The notes under the pieces: model-generated
The model's database searches: none
Told to the model about the DNA's origin: nothing
The model's input: the letters and a program-made list of their open reading frames with translations, nothing else
Source of the DNA: Anaeromyces robustus
Lineage: Eukaryota
Reading direction: 5' to 3'
Assembly: GCA_002104895.1 (NCBI GenBank)
Contig: MCFG01000275.1
Coordinates: 1 to 64,000 of the forward strand
DNA length: 64,000 nucleotides
Translations under genes and position numbers: made by a program
Shown here: piece after piece, positions 59,917 through 64,000 of the stretch
Numbering within the stretch: the first letter of the stretch is position 1
How the letters are laid out: each line of letters starts with the position of its first letter

Positions 59917-61456
59917 TCTATTTATTTATTTATTTATCTATTTATTTATCTATTTATTTATTTAGTTATTTAGTTATTTACTTATTCATTCATTTATTAA
60001 TTCTTTTAGATTTTTATTATAATTTTAATTAATAAATCTTTAAAATAGTATATTCTATAATATTTAAATTTTAAATTTCCATGTTTTTATTTTAATATGT
60101 AAAAGAAAATATTTATATTATATCACGAAAAAAAAAAAAATATACTATACTAATAGATTCATTTAGTTTTTCATAATTTTATATAAATTCATAATATATA
60201 ATTATTTATAATAGGCATCGTTAAGCAGACATTCTTTAATATAGGATTATTGTTTTTAGTTTTACAATTTAATAATATACAAACAATTTTTATATTTTTA
60301 TAAGTTATAAAAATGTGTATTTATCATTTTTAATAATAAATACATTTTAAAAAACAATATATATATTAATATTTCATAAAAAAAATATATATATATAATT
60401 ATATATCTTTTATAATTTATTCAGTATAATAATTCATTAAATAATTATTTAAAATAATTGAATTTATTACAATAAGTTTTATTGTATTTTATTACATTTT
60501 TTATTTGAGTAATAACAATTTTTAAATATATATATTATTTATAGTTAGTATTTATATATATATTTTGATATAACCAATAATGAATAAATAATATATTTGA
60601 TTTTTTCACTAATAATATATGAAAAAATAAAGTAATAAACTGAAATTATTACTATATATATTCTTTATTTTGTTTATATTTAGGAATATTACAATGAAAA
60701 TATTGAAAAAACAAATATAGAAACTTATAATTAAATATATATACTTTTATTATTATAAATACATATTTTTTAAAGGAAGCATAAAAAAAATAATTATTAT
60801 AAATAAAAACTTCAAAAAAACTTTTAATATAAACAAAAATATGTTAAGTAATTTAACAAACCAAACTAGATTATTTTAATATGACCAATAATATTAATAA
60901 AAATAAAATTTTACTTAACCTATTTAAGATTATTTTTTTAATTTAATTAATTTTATAAATCCCTATTAATTATTATATTGGATATTTGGGTATATTGGAA
61001 AATATTGTTAAAAAAATTAATATTTATTTCATTTTTGAATTAATAATCATTATAATAAAAAATATTCTAAAAATTGTATTTCATAGTTTCAATAAAAAAT
61101 GAAAAAATATTTATAGAATATATAAAAATATCTTTTTGATTAGAATATTTAATATTTTAAATTATTTAAATGAATAAAAACGCTGAAAAAAATATAAGAT
61201 ATATTAAAAAAATAAAATATGAATATTATATTATCTATCTCAAAAAAAAAAAAAAATAAAGAAACATTTCTTTTTAGAAGATTTAGTATTATAACTTATT
61301 GATCTATATTTGTATTCTCCTTATAGGGAAATTCTCTACTTTATTTAAATATATATATAAAATATATAAAAGATATTTTCGTAATAATAATTATTGACAG
61401 GAAAAAATTTTTTTGTAAAACTATTAAATAATTATAATCTTTATTTATTTATATAT

Positions 61457-61621
61457 TATAATAATATAATATAATATAATATAATATAATATAATATAAT
61501 ATAATATAATATAATATAATATAATATAATATAATATAATATAATATAATATAATATAATATAATATAATATAATATAATATAATATAATATAATATAAT
61601 ATAATATAATATAATATAATA
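61457..61621. repeat. (ATATA)n
   Basis: Direct reading. Confidence 0.95.
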
Positions 61622-61774
61622 ATTAAAATAAAGATCGTAAGGAAAAAATATTGTAGAGACAGAATTTATTTTGTTTTATTTATATAATCTCTCCATAATA
61701 TATTATACAATTAATATTAATAATTCTTATCATAAAAATGGATGGTATTTTTGATTATAATAATATGATATAAT

Positions 61775-61978
61775 AATTTACACGTGCAAAATTTATTCGT
61801 TTTTATTGATTATTCTTGTTTAACTTAGTTTTTTTTTTTTTTTTTTAATTAATATTAATATTTTTTTATCAATATTTCTATTTTCTAATTAATAACTAAT
61901 TTATTTTTCTAATTAATTATTTACACGTGCAAAATGAATTAGTTTTTATTGATTCTTGTTAAACTAGTTTTTTTTTTA
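61775..61978. repeat. Imperfect direct repeat of about 60 bp, each copy carrying CACGTG
   Basis: TTTACACGTGCAAAAT..TTTTTATTGATT..CTTGTT..TAGTTTTTTT twice; CACGTG at 61781 and 61924. Confidence 0.8.
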
Positions 61979-62754
61979 TATGATAGTAATTAGAAAATAA
62001 AAATATATTAAATAATATATTTTAATGTATGTAATTTTTATTATATTATTATTTTATAATTCAATAAAGTGAATTTTTTAAATTATTAAATATTTTAAAA
62101 AATTTACAGAAAATTTTATGGTAGAATTAGTATGCCAAGAAATAATGATAATGTTATTTTTATTATAATTTTTGATTATAAGAAAAAGCAATTATAAACA
62201 TATAATGAAAAGCTTTATGAAAAAATTATTTTTGGAATTATTAATATAATTTAAAATTATATTAGAAATTATACTATATAATATTCTTTAATATATAAAA
62301 TATATATTATAGTTATATTATAGTATTATATATATATTAAATATATAGTATTTAAGTTTGTTTAAAATTAAGAATAAAATACAAATAATATATTTGTTAT
62401 GATAGTTATATTTTTTGTTTTTTATTTTAATTTTATTTTAAATATAATTCATTTTTATTATATCAATTCTAAATTTTGTAAATATGATATATTAAAATAA
62501 CATTTCAAAATTCATAATTTTATTATTGGAGGTAATATAAATACCATAATTATTCTTTTTTCTTTTTTTTTTTATACATAATCATTTATTCAATTTTTCT
62601 TTTATTTAAAACAATTAAATAAAATATTGTTTTATTAATAATGATTTAAAAATTAGTATAATTTAAAATGTTTATATAAATTTATATATATATACATATC
62701 ATTTATTGAATTATTTATAAAATTGCATTTTATATAACATATAATAATTACAAC

Positions 62755-63174
62755 AATAATTAATAATTAATAATTAATAATTAATAATTAATAATTAATA
62801 ATTAATAATTAATAATTAATAATTAATAATTAATAATTAATAATTAATAATTAATAATTAATAATTAATAATTAATAATTAATAATTAATAATTAATAAT
62901 TAATAATTAATAATTAATAATTAATAATTAATAATTAATAATTAATAATTAATAATTAATAATAATAACAATGATTACAATATAATAATTAATAATTAAT
63001 AATTAATAATTAATAATTAATATTTAATAATTAATATTTAATAATTAATATTTAATAATTAATATTTAATAATTAATAATTAATAATTAATAATTAATAA
63101 TTAATAATTAATAATTAATAATTAATAATTAATAATTAATAATTAATAATAGTAACAATGATTACAATATAATA

Positions 63175-63210
<36 letters not shown>

Positions 63211-63212
63211 TA
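62755..63212. repeat. (AATAATT)n heptamer satellite with internal duplication, followed by (AAT)n
   Basis: Direct reading; the spacer TAACAATGATTACAATATAATAA occurs twice. Confidence 0.92.
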
Positions 63213-63534
63213 TAGAATTTAATATTAGAAATATATTCTTAATTTATTAATAGCATTTTTTTTAATAATTATTAAAAATATATAAATAATAAATGAAATT
63301 TATGCAAAATATTATTTAAATATAAAAATTTTATTTATAACAATTTATTTTTTCATTTTATATATTTATTTTTTTTATTTTATATATGTATATATATAAC
63401 AAAGAAAAAGTATAAAAAATAATGAATATAATAGTTGAATTTATGTTTTATAGTTACAAAAAATATAAATCATACACTAAAGAAAAATTAATGAGTTTTC
63501 TCAATTTCTGACAAATGTATAAAAGATAACAATA

Positions 63535-64000
63535 ATGAATTCTCATAACATTTCAAATTTACAAAATATTCAAGATATTCAATCCATTTCAAATCCTCAG
63601 GAACATTCTTTAATGAATACAGTAGTCGATTCAAATGCAATGAATATAGATGTGGCAAATTCAAATATCTTATTAAATAACAATGATATTTTTACTTCTC
63701 CTATTATTACATTTACTAATGTTAATAGGAATAATGTTATTGCAACTTCTACTCATACATTATCCGGTTCAGATAATAATAATCTCTCTGTTTTTAAATT
63801 ACCTGAACCTTATATTACTCAAAAAATGTTTTCTGAAAATGAATTTCAAAAAACACAATTAAATAGTAATATTAATGATAATAGAAAATTAACTATGTTA
63901 GATGCTAATGTATCGGTTCCATCAACAACTCATTCATTATTTAATCAATTCCAGGCCAATCTTCAAAATAATGAATCTTTTGCATTCGATCATATGACAA
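63535..64000 (+). CDS. Partial ORF, Asn/Ser-rich low-complexity N-terminus (function unknown)
   Basis: ATG at 63535, open to the window end (MNSHNISNLQNIQ...FAFDHMT) with coding-like GC content. Confidence 0.65.
   Translation, partial: MNSHNISNLQNIQDIQSISNPQEHSLMNTVVDSNAMNIDVANSNILLNNNDIFTSPIITFTNVNRNNVIATSTHTLSGSDNNNLSVFKLPEPYITQKMFSENEFQKTQLNSNINDNRKLTMLDANVSVPSTTHSLFNQFQANLQNNESFAFDHMT

Noticed and set aside
62755..63170. Repeat-spacer appearance of the heptamer array
   Set aside because: Simple satellite with one duplicated interruption; not CRISPR-like or telomeric.

Overview
Extremely AT-rich, intron- and microsatellite-rich eukaryotic DNA with standard genetic code and GT-AG introns. 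The gene set is fungal (Tra1, Sec8, Env7/STK16, Chz1) but flagellated, which fits a zoosporic anaerobic gut fungus (Neocallimastigomycota; inference). Manual splicing gives 12 complete genes and one partial ORF: STK16/ENV7-like kinase (-), an ERCC6L/PICH-like SNF2 protein (+), EFHC1/Rib72 (-), ZMYND10 (+), TRA1 (+), SEC8 (+), CASC1/DNAI7 (+), CCDC148 (+), AXDND1-like (+), IFT122 (-), a Fuzzy-like tri-longin protein (-), a CHZ-domain histone chaperone (-), and an Asn-rich ORF running off the end (+). Main leads: (1) seven cilium-associated genes, five of them contiguous, with a shared non-coding TCGGAGTT motif or a one-mismatch variant upstream of six of them and of none of the non-ciliary genes; (2) an intact but catalytically dead PICH-like protein with a PHD finger in place of the helicase-C lobe; (3) a GC-enriched, multi-hairpin element of about 430 nt fused to a long (AAT)n tract. 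All homology calls are from recalled motifs, not database searches.
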